A stretch of DNA of 64,000 bases. Origin: a bacterium (GTDB taxonomy: Bacteria > Krumholzibacteriota > Krumholzibacteriia > LZORAL124-64-63). The stretch is taken from positions 1-64,000 of the forward strand of contig JANOEP010000010.1 in assembly GCA_031441465.1 (NCBI GenBank), written 5' to 3'. A program made the position numbers and the translations under genes. The notes below the pieces were generated by a model. It did no database searches. It worked only from the letters and a program-made list of their open reading frames with translations, and was not told the DNA's origin. Within the stretch, counting starts at the first letter, position 1; each line of letters starts with the position of its first letter. Positions 11,157 through 21,542 of the stretch are shown one piece after another.

Positions 11157-12413
11157 ATGCCGCGCCGGCCGCACGCCGCCGCAACCCGGGCGGGGGCCCT
11201 GGCCCCCGCCCTGCTGGCGTGCCTGGCCGCGTCCTGCGCCCAGGTGGAGCCGCCGCGCGGCGGGCCCGAGGACCGCACGCCGCCGGTCCTGCTGACCGTC
11301 CGGCCGGATTCCGGCGCCGTCGGCCTGCGGGGCGTCGACCGCCTGGAGTTCACGTTCTCGGAGAAGGTCGACCCCCGTCCCGCCCAGCGGTTCTTGAAGC
11401 TGTACCCGCCGCTGGAGATCGCCAAGACGAAGTGGCACGGCCGGCGCCGCGCCGAGGTGCTGCTGCGCGACACCCTGCCGGCGGACACGGTCGTGGTGGT
11501 GGAGATCCCGCGCGGCCTGCCCGACGCCCACCGCGTCCCCTCCGACCGCACCCGCCGTTTCCCCGTCGCCACGGCCGACAGCCTGCCGCCTGGCAGGATC
11601 GTCCTCATGGCCGTCTACCACGACGGCGCGGCCCGCGACGCCGTGCTCGAGCTGTACCCCGCCGAGCCGGAGTCGCTGCCCTGGAACCGGCGAGAACTGG
11701 CGCGGCGCGCCGAGGCGGACACCACCGGACGCATCGAGGTGCCCTGGCTGCCGGCGCCCGGCGGGCCGTGGGTGGCCCGGCTCTTCCTGGATGAGAACCA
11801 CGACCTGCGCGTGGGGGAAAGCGAAGCCCAGCGCCTGCTGCCGGGCGACTACACCACGACCGGTGAGGCGCCGCGCACGAACCTCGGCACGGTCCGCCTC
11901 TTCGCGCCGCGCGATCCCGGCAGCGTGCTGGGTTTCTATCCGGCCCTGGCCGAGTCGGCGCGGGCCCTGTTCGGCTGGACCGCCAAGGTCGCCGAACTGG
12001 ACACGGGATTCGTGCCCGTCCACGCCGGCGCTTCCGACCCGCCACGACGGCGGGTCGCGGTCGGGGACACGACCGTCTGGGACCAGGCCGGGCCCGGGGC
12101 GGTCCGGATCGTCCTGTTCGCGGACCTCGACGGCGATAGCCTGCTGAGCGCGCTGCCTGATTCCACCGCGCTCGCCGACAGCGTGGTCTGGACCTGGGAA
12201 CCCTACGCCGTCGCCGATTCCCTGGCCGTCGAGCCGGGAATGCCCCTGACGCTCACGCTGCCGTGGGTGCCGACGCTGGGGACCCCCTGCCCGGCAGCGC
12301 CGCCGGTGCGCCCGACGGCGGCAACGGCGCCGTCCGACACGCTGGCCGCGGCGGTCGCGGACACGACCACGACCGCCCGCGAACCCGCCCCCGAGATCCA
12401 GGAGGAGCCGTGA
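11157..12413 (+). CDS. Lipoprotein with N-terminal Ig-like (Big_5-type) domain
   Basis: Lipobox-like LAASC followed by AQVEPPRGGPEDRTPP and FTFSEKVD. Confidence 0.65.
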   Translation: MPRRPHAAATRAGALAPALLACLAASCAQVEPPRGGPEDRTPPVLLTVRPDSGAVGLRGVDRLEFTFSEKVDPRPAQRFLKLYPPLEIAKTKWHGRRRAEVLLRDTLPADTVVVVEIPRGLPDAHRVPSDRTRRFPVATADSLPPGRIVLMAVYHDGAARDAVLELYPAEPESLPWNRRELARRAEADTTGRIEVPWLPAPGGPWVARLFLDENHDLRVGESEAQRLLPGDYTTTGEAPRTNLGTVRLFAPRDPGSVLGFYPALAESARALFGWTAKVAELDTGFVPVHAGASDPPRRRVAVGDTTVWDQAGPGAVRIVLFADLDGDSLLSALPDSTALADSVVWTWEPYAVADSLAVEPGMPLTLTLPWVPTLGTPCPAAPPVRPTAATAPSDTLAAAVADTTTTAREPAPEIQEEP

Positions 12414-13228
12414 CGCCGCGACTGCCCTTCGTGAAGATGCACGGCGCCGGCAACGACTTCATCATGGTCGCCGCCGCCGATCTCAGCCCCGGCAAACCGC
12501 TCGGACGTGACCGCGTCGCCGCGCTCTGCGACCGCCGGCGCGGGGTCGGCGCCGACGGCCTGATCGTGGTCGGGCCGGCCGCCGGCGCGGATTTCGGCAT
12601 GACGTATTACAACAGCGACGGCGGCGAGGCCTCGATGTGCGGCAACGGCGCCCGCTGCGCCTTCGCCTTCGCGCGTGCCCGCGGCCTCATCGACCGTGAA
12701 GGCACCTGCGCGTCGGCGAGCGGACCGCTCCGCGGCCGCTGCGAGGACGACGGCCTGGTGAGCGTGGACCTGACGCCGCCCCGCGGCCTGGCGCTCGGGG
12801 TCGCGGCCGCCGGCGGACACCCCTTCGACGAACTGCACCGCGCCGACACGGGCGTGCCGCACCTGGTGGTGCCGGTGGGCGACGTCGGCGACGTGGATGT
12901 GCCGCGCTGGGGTGCCGCGCTGCGTTTCGACGCGGCCTTCGCCCCCGACGGGACGAACGTCAACTTCGTCGCGCCCGCCGGCGCCGCTTGGCGCATCCGC
13001 ACCTACGAGAGGGGCGTGGAAGCCGAGACCCTGGCCTGCGGCACCGGCGCCTCGGCCACGGCCCTGGTGCTGTGGAAGCTGGGGCGCGCCGCGTCGCCGG
13101 TCGTCTTGTTGACACGTGGCGGCGATCGGCTGACCATTGCGGTCACGCCGGACGGAGATTCCGTGCGCCTGCGCTTGAACGGTCCCGCGGTCACGGCGTT
13201 TTGCGGGGAGGTCGAACGGGATGTCTGA
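12410..13228 (+). CDS. dapF: Diaminopimelate epimerase
   Basis: KMHGAGNDF, MCGNGARC, TGVPH, YERGVEAETLACGTG. Confidence 0.95.
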   Translation: MTPRLPFVKMHGAGNDFIMVAAADLSPGKPLGRDRVAALCDRRRGVGADGLIVVGPAAGADFGMTYYNSDGGEASMCGNGARCAFAFARARGLIDREGTCASASGPLRGRCEDDGLVSVDLTPPRGLALGVAAAGGHPFDELHRADTGVPHLVVPVGDVGDVDVPRWGAALRFDAAFAPDGTNVNFVAPAGAAWRIRTYERGVEAETLACGTGASATALVLWKLGRAASPVVLLTRGGDRLTIAVTPDGDSVRLRLNGPAVTAFCGEVERDV

Positions 13229-14126
13229 AAAGCGATTCCTGCCGCAGGGTGTCTACACCGCCCTGGTGACACCCTTCCGTGACGGCGATCTGGACAAACC
13301 GGCCTGGGAACGCCTGGTGGCGCGCCAGGTCGAGGCCGGCGTGGCGGGTCTGGTGCCGGTGGGCTGCACGGGGGAGGCGGCGGCCCTCGACCGCGCCGAG
13401 CGGGAGTGGCTCGTGCGGGCCTGCGTCGCGGCCGCGAAGGGCCGCTGCGTCGTGGTCGCCGGCGCCGGTTCCAACGTGACGCGGACCACGATCGCGCAGA
13501 CCCGCGACGCGGCCGCCTGGGGCGCCGACGCGGCCATGCTGATCTCCCCCTACTACAACAAGCCGCAGCAGCACGGACTGATCGCCCACTACGGCGCCGT
13601 GGCGCGCGAGGTGGACCTGCCCCTGATCCTGTACAACGTGCCCGGCCGCACGGCGGTCAACATCCTGCCGGCGACCGTCCGCACCCTCGCCGCGGAGAAC
13701 AACGTCGTGGCGGTGAAGGAGGCCAGCGGCAACCTGGAACAGATCGCCGAAGTCTGCGGAATCCCGGACCTGCAGGTCTTTTCCGGCGACGACGGCCTGA
13801 ACCTGGACGTGTACGCCCTCGGCGGCGCGGGCACCGTCTCGGTCGTCAGCAACCTGCTGCCGCGGACCCTGGTGCGAACCTGGACGGCCTGGCGCGCGGG
13901 GGAGACGGTGCGTGCCCGCGAACTCGCCGCGCGGACCCAACCGATCGTCGAGGCCTGCTTCCGGGAGACCAATCCCGTGCCGGTCAAGGAACTCCTCGCG
14001 CTCATGGGGCTCTGCACCCACGACCTGCGGCTGCCGCTGGTCCCGGCCCTGCCGGAGAACCGGGCTTGGCTGCAGCAGGTCCACGCGGGGCAGCTCGGCG
14101 AGTTGCTGGCCGGGGAGGGGTCATGA
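13221..14126 (+). CDS. dapA: 4-hydroxy-tetrahydrodipicolinate synthase
   Basis: TALVTPF, GCTGE, PYYNKP, YNVPGRT, KEASG, SGDD. Confidence 0.95.
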   Translation: MSEKRFLPQGVYTALVTPFRDGDLDKPAWERLVARQVEAGVAGLVPVGCTGEAAALDRAEREWLVRACVAAAKGRCVVVAGAGSNVTRTTIAQTRDAAAWGADAAMLISPYYNKPQQHGLIAHYGAVAREVDLPLILYNVPGRTAVNILPATVRTLAAENNVVAVKEASGNLEQIAEVCGIPDLQVFSGDDGLNLDVYALGGAGTVSVVSNLLPRTLVRTWTAWRAGETVRARELAARTQPIVEACFRETNPVPVKELLALMGLCTHDLRLPLVPALPENRAWLQQVHAGQLGELLAGEGS

Positions 14127-14872
14127 TCCACGTCAGCGTCCATGGCGCCGGGGGGCGCATGGGCCGGCTGGTCACCGAACTGATCGAGGGCACCGAAGGC
14201 TTCGGCCTGGCCGCCCTGGTGACTGAAGTCGGGCACGAGCAGCCGGCCGGGGTCTTCCACCCGCGTCTGCCGCTGACCCCCCAGGACCGCCTCGCCGCCG
14301 TCCACCCGCGCGGCGGCGTGATCGTCGACTTCTCGCTGGCGCCCGCGCTCGACGGGCTGCTGGAGGGCGCGGCGGCGACCGCGGCGCCCCTGGTGATCGG
14401 GACCACGGGTCACGACGAGGCACAGTTGGCCCGTCTCCGCGCCTACGCGCAGACCCACGCCGTGGTGCTGTCCAGCAACTTCAGCGTGGGGATCCCGACC
14501 TTGCGGCTGCTGCTGGAGAAACTGGCCGACGTGCTGCCCGAAGGTTTCATGCCGGCTCAGGTCGAGACGCACCACCGCCACAAGCAGGACCGGCCCAGCG
14601 GGACGGCACGGGCGCTGGCCCGCACCTGGGAAGACCGCCGCGGCGCCGGCACGGTGCCCACCAGCAGCCTGCGTATCGGTGGCGTGACCGGCGAGCACAC
14701 CTGGATCTTCAGCGACGACGAGGAGACGCTCGTCCTGACCCACCGGGCCCATTCGCGCCGGGCGTTCCTGCGCGGGCTCGTGCCCGCGGTGCGTTACGCG
14801 GCGCAGGCCGGTCCGGGTCTGGTCACCATGGAGGACGTGCTCGGCGTCCCGCGGCGCGGTTCGACGGCATAA
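14123..14872 (+). CDS. dapB: 4-hydroxy-tetrahydrodipicolinate reductase
   Basis: GAGGRMG, IGTTG, NFSVG, ETHHRHKQDRPSGTA. Confidence 0.93.
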   Translation: MIHVSVHGAGGRMGRLVTELIEGTEGFGLAALVTEVGHEQPAGVFHPRLPLTPQDRLAAVHPRGGVIVDFSLAPALDGLLEGAAATAAPLVIGTTGHDEAQLARLRAYAQTHAVVLSSNFSVGIPTLRLLLEKLADVLPEGFMPAQVETHHRHKQDRPSGTARALARTWEDRRGAGTVPTSSLRIGGVTGEHTWIFSDDEETLVLTHRAHSRRAFLRGLVPAVRYAAQAGPGLVTMEDVLGVPRRGSTA

Positions 14873-14878
14873 CGAAGG

Positions 14879-14901
14879 CGGGACCCCGTGACGGGGTCCC
14901 G
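14879..14901. terminator. GC-rich hairpin between convergent dapB and rpsT
   Basis: CGGGACCCCG-TGA-CGGGGTCCCG perfect inverted repeat; no clear U-tract. Confidence 0.55.
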
Positions 14902-14931
14902 TGAAGATGCGGTGCGGCGCCGGGCGGATCC

Positions 14932-15183
14932 CTACTTGGCGTAGAGGGCGGCCATGCGGGCCTTGAGGCGGGAAGCGCGCTGCTTCGGGATGACGCCCTT
15001 GCGGGCCTGGACATCCAGCAGGCTGTAGATGGCGCTGAGGGCTTCGGGCGTCTTCTCGGCCAAGTGGGCCGCGGCGCGGAAGTTCTTCAGCTCGGTGCGC
15101 ATCCCGCTGCGGTTCTGGCGGTTCACCAGGCGCTGGCGGGTGCTCGTCTTCAGGCGCTTCTTACAACTCTTGTGATGCGGCAA
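14932..15183 (-). CDS. rpsT: 30S ribosomal protein S20
   Basis: PHHKSCKKR...NRQNRSGMRT..K, KGVIPKQRASRLK; 83 aa, basic; GGAGG upstream of TTG start. Confidence 0.9.
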   Translation of the reverse strand: MPHHKSCKKRLKTSTRQRLVNRQNRSGMRTELKNFRAAAHLAEKTPEALSAIYSLLDVQARKGVIPKQRASRLKARMAALYAK

Positions 15184-15234
15184 CGTTGGACCTCCTTCAG
15201 GACAACCGTCAAAAACTAGCAGGGACCCTTGCCG

Positions 15235-17094
15235 ATGTCAAGCCTGGACCGGGAAATCGACGACCGCGACGCCCTGCGGGACCGCCTGGCGGGCCTGCCG
15301 GACTCCCCAGGCGTGTACCTCCACAAGGACGCCCGCGGCAAGGTGCTGTACGTGGGCAAGGCGGTGCGCCTGGCGTCCCGGGTCCGCTCCTATTTCCAGG
15401 ACACCGACAAGGACCCCAAGACCGCCCAGCTGGTGCGGCGGATCGCGGACGTCGACTACATCGTCACCCGCAGCGAAACCGAAGCCCTGGTGCTCGAGGA
15501 CCAGCTCATCAAGGAATACCGGCCCCGCTACAACATCCGCCTGAAGGACGACAAGCGGTACCCCTACCTGCGCATCACCCTGCAGGAACCCTTCCCGAGG
15601 GTCGAAGTGGTGCGGCGCCTCGCGGACGACGGCTCCCGTGTCTTCGGCCCCTACACCAGCGTGCGGGCCATGCGCGAGACGCTCCAGCACGCCCTACGGA
15701 TCTTCCAGGTGCGGACCTGCGAGCTGGACCTGCCGGAACAGACCGTGCCGCGCCCCTGCCTCGACTGGCAGATCGGCCGCTGCAGCGCGCCCTGTGTCGG
15801 CTACGACGGGGCGGCGTCGTACCGGCGCAAGGTAGAGGCCCTGGTCCGGTTCCTGGAGGGGGAGGACGCCTCCCTGGTCGCGGAGCTGAAGTCCGAGATG
15901 GCCGACCACGCCGCCGCTCGGCGCTACGAAGAGGCCGCCCACGTTCGCGACCGGCTGCGGGTGCTAGAAACGACGCTGGGCGCGCTCAGCCCCATCCTCG
16001 GTCTGACCGGCGACCTCGACGCCTGCGGCGTGGCCCGCGATGGTACGCGAGCCTGCGGCCTCGTGCTGCGGATCCGCCGGGGCCGGGTCCTGACCAGCCA
16101 CGAATTCCACCTCGAGGACCGGCTGGAGAGCGAGACGCCCGCCTTCCTGGTGCAGTTGCTGCGCGAGTACTACCCGCGCGCCGGCGACCTGCCGCCCCTG
16201 GTGCTGCTCGCGCACGACATCCCCGACCTGCAGGCCTGGACCGAGCGCCTGACGGACCTGCGCGGGCGCCCGGTGAAACTGGTCCGGCCGTTGCGCGGCC
16301 CCAAGCGCGACGTCGTCGCCATGGCCTCGGCCAACGCCCTGCACAAGCTGGAAGCGCGTCGGCTGAAGGACCTGTCCTCGCCGCGCCGCGCCGCGCCGGA
16401 AAGGACCGCGGCCCTGCAGGCGGCGCTCGGCCTGCGCGCCCTGCCCGAAACGATCGAGTGCTTCGACATCTCCAATTTCCAGGGACGTGAAACCGTCGCC
16501 TCCCTCGTTTACTTCCGCGGCGGCAGCCCGCTGAAGTCGCGTTACCGGCGCTTCCGCATCCGGACCGTCTCGGGGATCGACGATTTCGCCTCGATGCGCG
16601 AGGTGCTGCACCGCTACTACGCGCGCTTGCTCGAGAAGGGCTTGCCGCCGGCCGACCTGGTCCTGATCGACGGCGGCGCCGGTCAGCTGAGCGCCGCCCG
16701 CGCCGCGCTCACGGAGTTGGGCCTGCACGCCGTGGAGCTGATCGGCCTGGCCAAGCGCGAGGAGCTCATCGTGCGCGAGCGCGGCCTGCCGCCCCTGCGG
16801 CTGCCCCGCACCAGCGGGGCGCTGCAACTGCTGCAGCAGGTCCGCGACGAGGCGCACCGCTTCGCGATCACCTACCACCGCCTGCTGCGCGAGCAGCGCA
16901 CCACCGGTTCGGTCCTGGACGCCGTGCCGGGCATCGGCCGGGTGAAGAAGCTGTCCCTGCTGCACCATTTCGCGTCGGTCGACGAGATCCGGCGCGCGTC
17001 GGCGCAGCAGCTCACCGAGGTGCGCGGCCTCGGCGTCGCGGACGTCGAGCGCCTGCTCTCCTTCTTCGCCGCCGAACAGGAGGCCGGCTCATGA
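15235..17094 (+). CDS. uvrC: Excinuclease ABC subunit C
   Basis: PGVY..YVGKA (GIY-YIG), IECFDIS, LIDGGAGQL, RDEAHRFAI, HhH VPGIG. Confidence 0.96.
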   Translation: MSSLDREIDDRDALRDRLAGLPDSPGVYLHKDARGKVLYVGKAVRLASRVRSYFQDTDKDPKTAQLVRRIADVDYIVTRSETEALVLEDQLIKEYRPRYNIRLKDDKRYPYLRITLQEPFPRVEVVRRLADDGSRVFGPYTSVRAMRETLQHALRIFQVRTCELDLPEQTVPRPCLDWQIGRCSAPCVGYDGAASYRRKVEALVRFLEGEDASLVAELKSEMADHAAARRYEEAAHVRDRLRVLETTLGALSPILGLTGDLDACGVARDGTRACGLVLRIRRGRVLTSHEFHLEDRLESETPAFLVQLLREYYPRAGDLPPLVLLAHDIPDLQAWTERLTDLRGRPVKLVRPLRGPKRDVVAMASANALHKLEARRLKDLSSPRRAAPERTAALQAALGLRALPETIECFDISNFQGRETVASLVYFRGGSPLKSRYRRFRIRTVSGIDDFASMREVLHRYYARLLEKGLPPADLVLIDGGAGQLSAARAALTELGLHAVELIGLAKREELIVRERGLPPLRLPRTSGALQLLQQVRDEAHRFAITYHRLLREQRTTGSVLDAVPGIGRVKKLSLLHHFASVDEIRRASAQQLTEVRGLGVADVERLLSFFAAEQEAGS

Positions 17095-18002
17095 GCCGCG
17101 CCTGGGACGAGGCCCTCGCCGCCTTCCTGGCCCACGCTTCAGCGGAGAAGGGATTGGCCTCTGGCACGCTCGAAGCCTACGCCCGCGACCTGCAGTCCTG
17201 GCGCGCCTGGGCCTGCGCCCGCGAACTGGGAGACCCGGCGACAGCCGTCACGTCCGACCTGAGGGCGTTCCTGCTGGACGCCGCCGACCGCCTCGGCCCG
17301 CGCTCACGCGCCCGGCTGGTCTCGACCCTGCGCTCGTTCCACCGCTTCCTGGCGGCGGAGGGGCACGCCGTCGGCGACCCCACCCTGCTGATCCTGGCGC
17401 CGAAGATCGGGCGCAAGCTCCCGGTCGTCCTGTCGGGCGCCCAGGTCCGGGCGCTGCTGGAAGCCCCGCCCGCGAACGAGCCCGCGGGCCTGCGCGATCG
17501 GGCCGTGCTGGAAGTCCTCTACGGTTGTGGGCTGCGCGCGAGCGAACTGTGCGGGCTCGACGTCACGGATCTCGACCGCCGGGACGCTTCGCTGCGGGTG
17601 AGGGGCAAGGGGAGCAAGGAACGCCTGGTCCCGGTCGGCCGGCCGGCGCTCGCGGCCGTCGCCGCCTGGCTGGCGCGGGGGCGGCCGGAGATGCTCGGCA
17701 GCAAGCCCACGGCGGCCCTCTTCGTCAACGCGCGCGGCGGCCGCCTCTCTCGCGTGGCGGTCTGGGGGCTGGTCAAACGCTGGGGCGCGGCCAGCGGCGC
17801 GCCCGAGACGCTCACCCCCCACGTGCTGCGCCACACCTACGCCACGCACCTGCTGGAGGGCGGCGCCGACCTGCGCGTCGTGCAGGAACTGCTCGGCCAC
17901 GCCGCCATCACCACCACCGAGATCTACACCCACGTCGACCGGGCTTTCGTGGCCGAGGCCTACCGCAGCGCCCACCCGCGGGCGCGGCGGCGCCGGCTTT
18001 GA
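17091..18002 (+). CDS. xerD: Tyrosine recombinase XerD
   Basis: RDRAVLEVLYGCGLRASEL, GKGSKER, TPHVLRHTYATHLLEGGADLRVVQELLGH..TTEIYTHV. Confidence 0.88.
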   Translation: MSRAWDEALAAFLAHASAEKGLASGTLEAYARDLQSWRAWACARELGDPATAVTSDLRAFLLDAADRLGPRSRARLVSTLRSFHRFLAAEGHAVGDPTLLILAPKIGRKLPVVLSGAQVRALLEAPPANEPAGLRDRAVLEVLYGCGLRASELCGLDVTDLDRRDASLRVRGKGSKERLVPVGRPALAAVAAWLARGRPEMLGSKPTAALFVNARGGRLSRVAVWGLVKRWGAASGAPETLTPHVLRHTYATHLLEGGADLRVVQELLGHAAITTTEIYTHVDRAFVAEAYRSAHPRARRRRL

Positions 18003-18027
18003 CAGGCACCGCCGCCGATGGTACTGT
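17999..18027 (+). promoter_or_regulatory. sigma70 promoter upstream of trpS
   Basis: TTGACA-17 nt-TACTGT with TG in the extended -10 position. Confidence 0.6.
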
Positions 18028-18112
18028 AGCCCCTTGCTCGCCCGCACGCGGGCCGACCGGCCCGGCGGCAGCCGGGGCGCGATCCCTGACCACGTCCCCG
18101 AGGAACCCACCC

Positions 18113-19096
18113 GTGACCAAGAAGATCATCCTCAGCGGCAACCGTCCCACCGGGCGCCTGCACTGGGGCAACTACACCGGCGCGCTGGAGAACTGGATCC
18201 GGCTGCAGGACGAGTACGACTGCTATTTCATGGTGGCCGACTGGCACGTCCTGACCACGGCCCTGGACAAGTCGCACGAGATCCGTGACAACTCCCGCGA
18301 GATGATCCTGGACTGGCTCGGCGCCGGGTTGGACCCCGACCGTTCGGTGCTGTTCGTGCAGTCCTCCGTCAAGGAGCACGCCGAGCTGTACCTGGTGGCC
18401 TGCATGCTGATCTCCCTGGGGCGGCTGGAGCGCAACCCGACGTTCAAGGAGCAGGTCCGCGACCTCGATCTCGCCGGCGAGATCAGCTTCGGCCACCTGG
18501 GCTACCCCGTCCTGCAGGCGGCGGACATCCTGGCCTACCGCGCGCACGCCGTGCCGGTGGGGGAGGACCAGCTGCCGCACCTCGAGCTGTGCCGCGAGAT
18601 CGCGCGACGCTTCAACCACCACTTCGGCGACCTCTTCCCCGAGCCGGAAGGCCTGGTCACCAAGTTCGGGCGCTTCCCGGGCACCGACGGGCGCCGCATG
18701 AGCAAGTCCCTGGGCAACGCGGTGGAGATCGCCGCCCCGGCCGAGGAGATCCGCGCGAAGCTCAAGACCGCGTTCACCGACCCGCAGCGCCTGCGCCGTA
18801 GCGACCCCGGCAATCCCGACGTCTGCGCGGTCTACATTTGGTACCAGAAGTTCCTGCCCGCCGAGGTGGAGCAGACGGCGGCCGAGTGCCGCACAGCGCA
18901 GCGTGGCTGCGTCGACTGCAAGAAGCGCCTGGCCGACGGCGCCATCGCGTACTTCGCCCCCTTGCGCGAGCGGCGCGCCGAATTCGAGAGCCACCCGGAC
19001 CGCGTCGCCGAGATCGTGGACGCCGGTTGCGCCCGCGCCCGCGCCGTCGCCGCGGACACCCTGACGCGCGTGCGCGACGCCATGGGCGTCGGGTAG
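18113..19096 (+). CDS. trpS: Tryptophanyl-tRNA synthetase
   Basis: RPTGRLHWGNY (HIGH-like), YPVLQAADIL, VPVGEDQ, RMSKS. Confidence 0.95.
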   Translation: MTKKIILSGNRPTGRLHWGNYTGALENWIRLQDEYDCYFMVADWHVLTTALDKSHEIRDNSREMILDWLGAGLDPDRSVLFVQSSVKEHAELYLVACMLISLGRLERNPTFKEQVRDLDLAGEISFGHLGYPVLQAADILAYRAHAVPVGEDQLPHLELCREIARRFNHHFGDLFPEPEGLVTKFGRFPGTDGRRMSKSLGNAVEIAAPAEEIRAKLKTAFTDPQRLRRSDPGNPDVCAVYIWYQKFLPAEVEQTAAECRTAQRGCVDCKKRLADGAIAYFAPLRERRAEFESHPDRVAEIVDAGCARARAVAADTLTRVRDAMGVG

Positions 19097-19104
19097 GAGG
19101 CCCC

Positions 19105-20031
19105 GTGCAGGATACCGCGCCCACACCCGAAGTCCCGACACCGCCCGCCGGCACACCCATCTCCTGGGATCTGCCGCCGGAGCTGGAGTATTTCCAGGCG
19201 AGCGAGGCGTACCGCGTCGACCTGCCGGACTTCAACGGCCCTCTGGATCTGCTGCTCTATCTGATCCAGAAGGACGAGATCGACATCTACGACATCCCCA
19301 TCTCGCGGATCACCGAGCAGTTCCTGGCCTACCTCGAACTCATCCAGGCCCTCTCGCTCGACACCGCGGGCGACTTCCTGGTGATGGCGGCGACCCTGCT
19401 GCGGATCAAGGCCCGGTTGCTGCTGCCCTCCCCGCCGCAGGACGAGGAGATCGACGAGGAGGACCCGCGCGCCGAACTCGTCCGCCGGCTGCTGGAGTAC
19501 AAGCGCTACAAGGAGATGGCGGCCAGCCTGCAGGCGCTCGAGCACGAGCGCAGCCGCCTGCACCTGCGCCAGCAGCGCTACCCGTTCCTGCGCGAGAACG
19601 CCGAACCGCCGCCGTTGCGCCTCGGCATGTTCGAGCTGCTCAGCGCCCTGAGCGAGGTCTTCGACCGCGTCAGCAAGGAACTGGTCCACAACGTCGTGCG
19701 CGAAGTCTTCACGGTCGCGGACAAGGTGCGCCTGATCCGGCGCCGCCTGGCCGAGGAACGGACCGTGCGCTTCGACGACCTGTTCCGCGACGACGCCATC
19801 AAGATGGAAGTCGTGGTGACCTTCATCGCCATCCTGGAACTCGCCAAGCTCAACCTCGTGCGCATCGTGCAGACCGAGGTCAACGGCGCCATCTGGGTCC
19901 AGTCGGCGCCCGGCGTGGATTTCGGGTCCGACAAGGAGTCCTGGGACGAGCGGACCACGGAGGCCGACCTCGCACCGGCGGTCGGCAAGGCGACCGGCAC
20001 GGCGATCGACGCCGCGGAGGCAAGCGCATGA
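19105..20031 (+). CDS. scpA: Segregation and condensation protein A
   Basis: FNGPLDLLLYLIQKDEIDIYDIPI, FLVMAATLLRIK, VVTFIAILEL. Confidence 0.93.
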   Translation: MQDTAPTPEVPTPPAGTPISWDLPPELEYFQASEAYRVDLPDFNGPLDLLLYLIQKDEIDIYDIPISRITEQFLAYLELIQALSLDTAGDFLVMAATLLRIKARLLLPSPPQDEEIDEEDPRAELVRRLLEYKRYKEMAASLQALEHERSRLHLRQQRYPFLRENAEPPPLRLGMFELLSALSEVFDRVSKELVHNVVREVFTVADKVRLIRRRLAEERTVRFDDLFRDDAIKMEVVVTFIAILELAKLNLVRIVQTEVNGAIWVQSAPGVDFGSDKESWDERTTEADLAPAVGKATGTAIDAAEASA

Positions 20032-20771
20032 AGCAGGATCTCGAGGCCCTCCTGTTCGCCACGGACACGCCCCTGGGCGCGGCCCGGCTCAAGCCGCTGT
20101 TCCCCGGCGCCGAGGCGAAGGATTTCCGCGAGGCGGTCGACGCCCTCAACGCCGAGTACGAGCAGCAGGGCCGGTCGTTCACGGTCGTCGAGTTCGGCGG
20201 CGGCTGGCAGCTGGCCTCGCGTCCGGAGTACGCCGGCCTGATCCAGCAGCTCTACCGCGGTCGGCGTTTCGTGCGGCTCTCGCAGGCCGCGCTGGAAGTC
20301 CTGGCGGTCATCGCCTACCGCCAGCCGGTCACGCGGATGGAGATCGAAGAGATCCGCGGCGTCCAGGTCAGCGGCGTGCTCGCGACTTTGGCGGAGCGCG
20401 CCTTGATCACCGTGGCCGGCCGCAGCGACAGCGTCGGCAACCCCATCCTCTACGGCACGACCCGTGAATTCCTCAACCACATGGGGATCAAGGGTCTCCA
20501 CCAGCTGCCGCCCCTGCCCGAACTCGCCGGCATCATCGGCGACCGCGAGGAGATCAAACGCTTCGCGCAGCAGCTCGGCGAAGAGATCACCGACGAGGAC
20601 TTCGAGACCGTCGCCATCCGCGGCGACGAGATCCTCGTCGTGTCCGCGGAACCGGCGGCACCGGACGATCCCGTCGAACCGGCCACGTCGAACGGGGCAG
20701 ACGAGCCCGCGCCGACGTCCGGCGAACCCTACGAACTGGAAATTCCCGAGGCCCATGGCACCGACGCCTGA
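20028..20771 (+). CDS. scpB: Segregation and condensation protein B
   Basis: LEALLFA, LSQAALEVLAVIAYRQPVTR, GNPILYGTT..FL. Confidence 0.93.
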   Translation: MKQDLEALLFATDTPLGAARLKPLFPGAEAKDFREAVDALNAEYEQQGRSFTVVEFGGGWQLASRPEYAGLIQQLYRGRRFVRLSQAALEVLAVIAYRQPVTRMEIEEIRGVQVSGVLATLAERALITVAGRSDSVGNPILYGTTREFLNHMGIKGLHQLPPLPELAGIIGDREEIKRFAQQLGEEITDEDFETVAIRGDEILVVSAEPAAPDDPVEPATSNGADEPAPTSGEPYELEIPEAHGTDA

Positions 20772-21504
20772 CGCCGACTCCCTGCGCCTGAACCGGTTCC
20801 TGGCCCGTGCGGGATTCGGCTCCCGTCGTTCCGTTGAGGACCTGATCGCCGCCGGCCGCGTCCGCATCGACGGCGAGGTCGCCGCGAGCCCGGGCTGCCG
20901 CGTCGCGCCCGGATCCCGGGTCACGGTCGACGGGGGGGAGGCGACCTGGCCCACCACCTGGCGCGTGCTCGCCCATCACAAGACCCTCGGCGTCGTCACC
21001 AGCCTGCGCCAGCAGGGCCTCGCGCCCTGCCTCGCCGGCGTCGCCGCCGCCGCCGGCTTCGCCCCCGGGCTCGTCCCCGTCGGCCGCCTTGACGCCGACA
21101 CCACCGGCTTGCTCATTTGGACCGACGACGGCGAACTCGCGCAAGCCCTGCTGCGGCCGCGGCGGCAAGTCTGGAAGCGCTACGAGGTCCGGATCGGCGC
21201 GGCCCTGCCGGCGGCGGCGCGGCCCCGCCTGACCGACGGCGGGATCATGCTCGACGGGCGGCCTTGCCTGCCGGCCCGGCTGCAACCGTCCGGCCGCGAC
21301 CCGCGCCGCTGGGTCCTCGAGATCCAGGAGGGGCGCAACCGGCAGGTCCGGCGGATGTTCGGCGCCGTCGGGATGACGGTCCTGGGACTGCACCGCACCG
21401 CGATCGGTCCGGTGTCGCTCGGGGAACTGCCGCCGGGGAAGTTTCGGGAACTGACGACTGGGGAGATCGCGGCCCTGCGCAACGCCGCCGACGGCGGCGC
21501 CTGA
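20755..21504 (+). CDS. RsuA/RluB-family pseudouridine synthase with S4 domain
   Basis: RLNRFLARAG..SRR, VGRLDADTTGLL, EGRNRQVRRM. Confidence 0.9.
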   Translation: MAPTPDADSLRLNRFLARAGFGSRRSVEDLIAAGRVRIDGEVAASPGCRVAPGSRVTVDGGEATWPTTWRVLAHHKTLGVVTSLRQQGLAPCLAGVAAAAGFAPGLVPVGRLDADTTGLLIWTDDGELAQALLRPRRQVWKRYEVRIGAALPAAARPRLTDGGIMLDGRPCLPARLQPSGRDPRRWVLEIQEGRNRQVRRMFGAVGMTVLGLHRTAIGPVSLGELPPGKFRELTTGEIAALRNAADGGA

Positions 21505-21542
21505 GCGGGCCGGCCACGTCACGCTCGGACGAGGAGGAATTC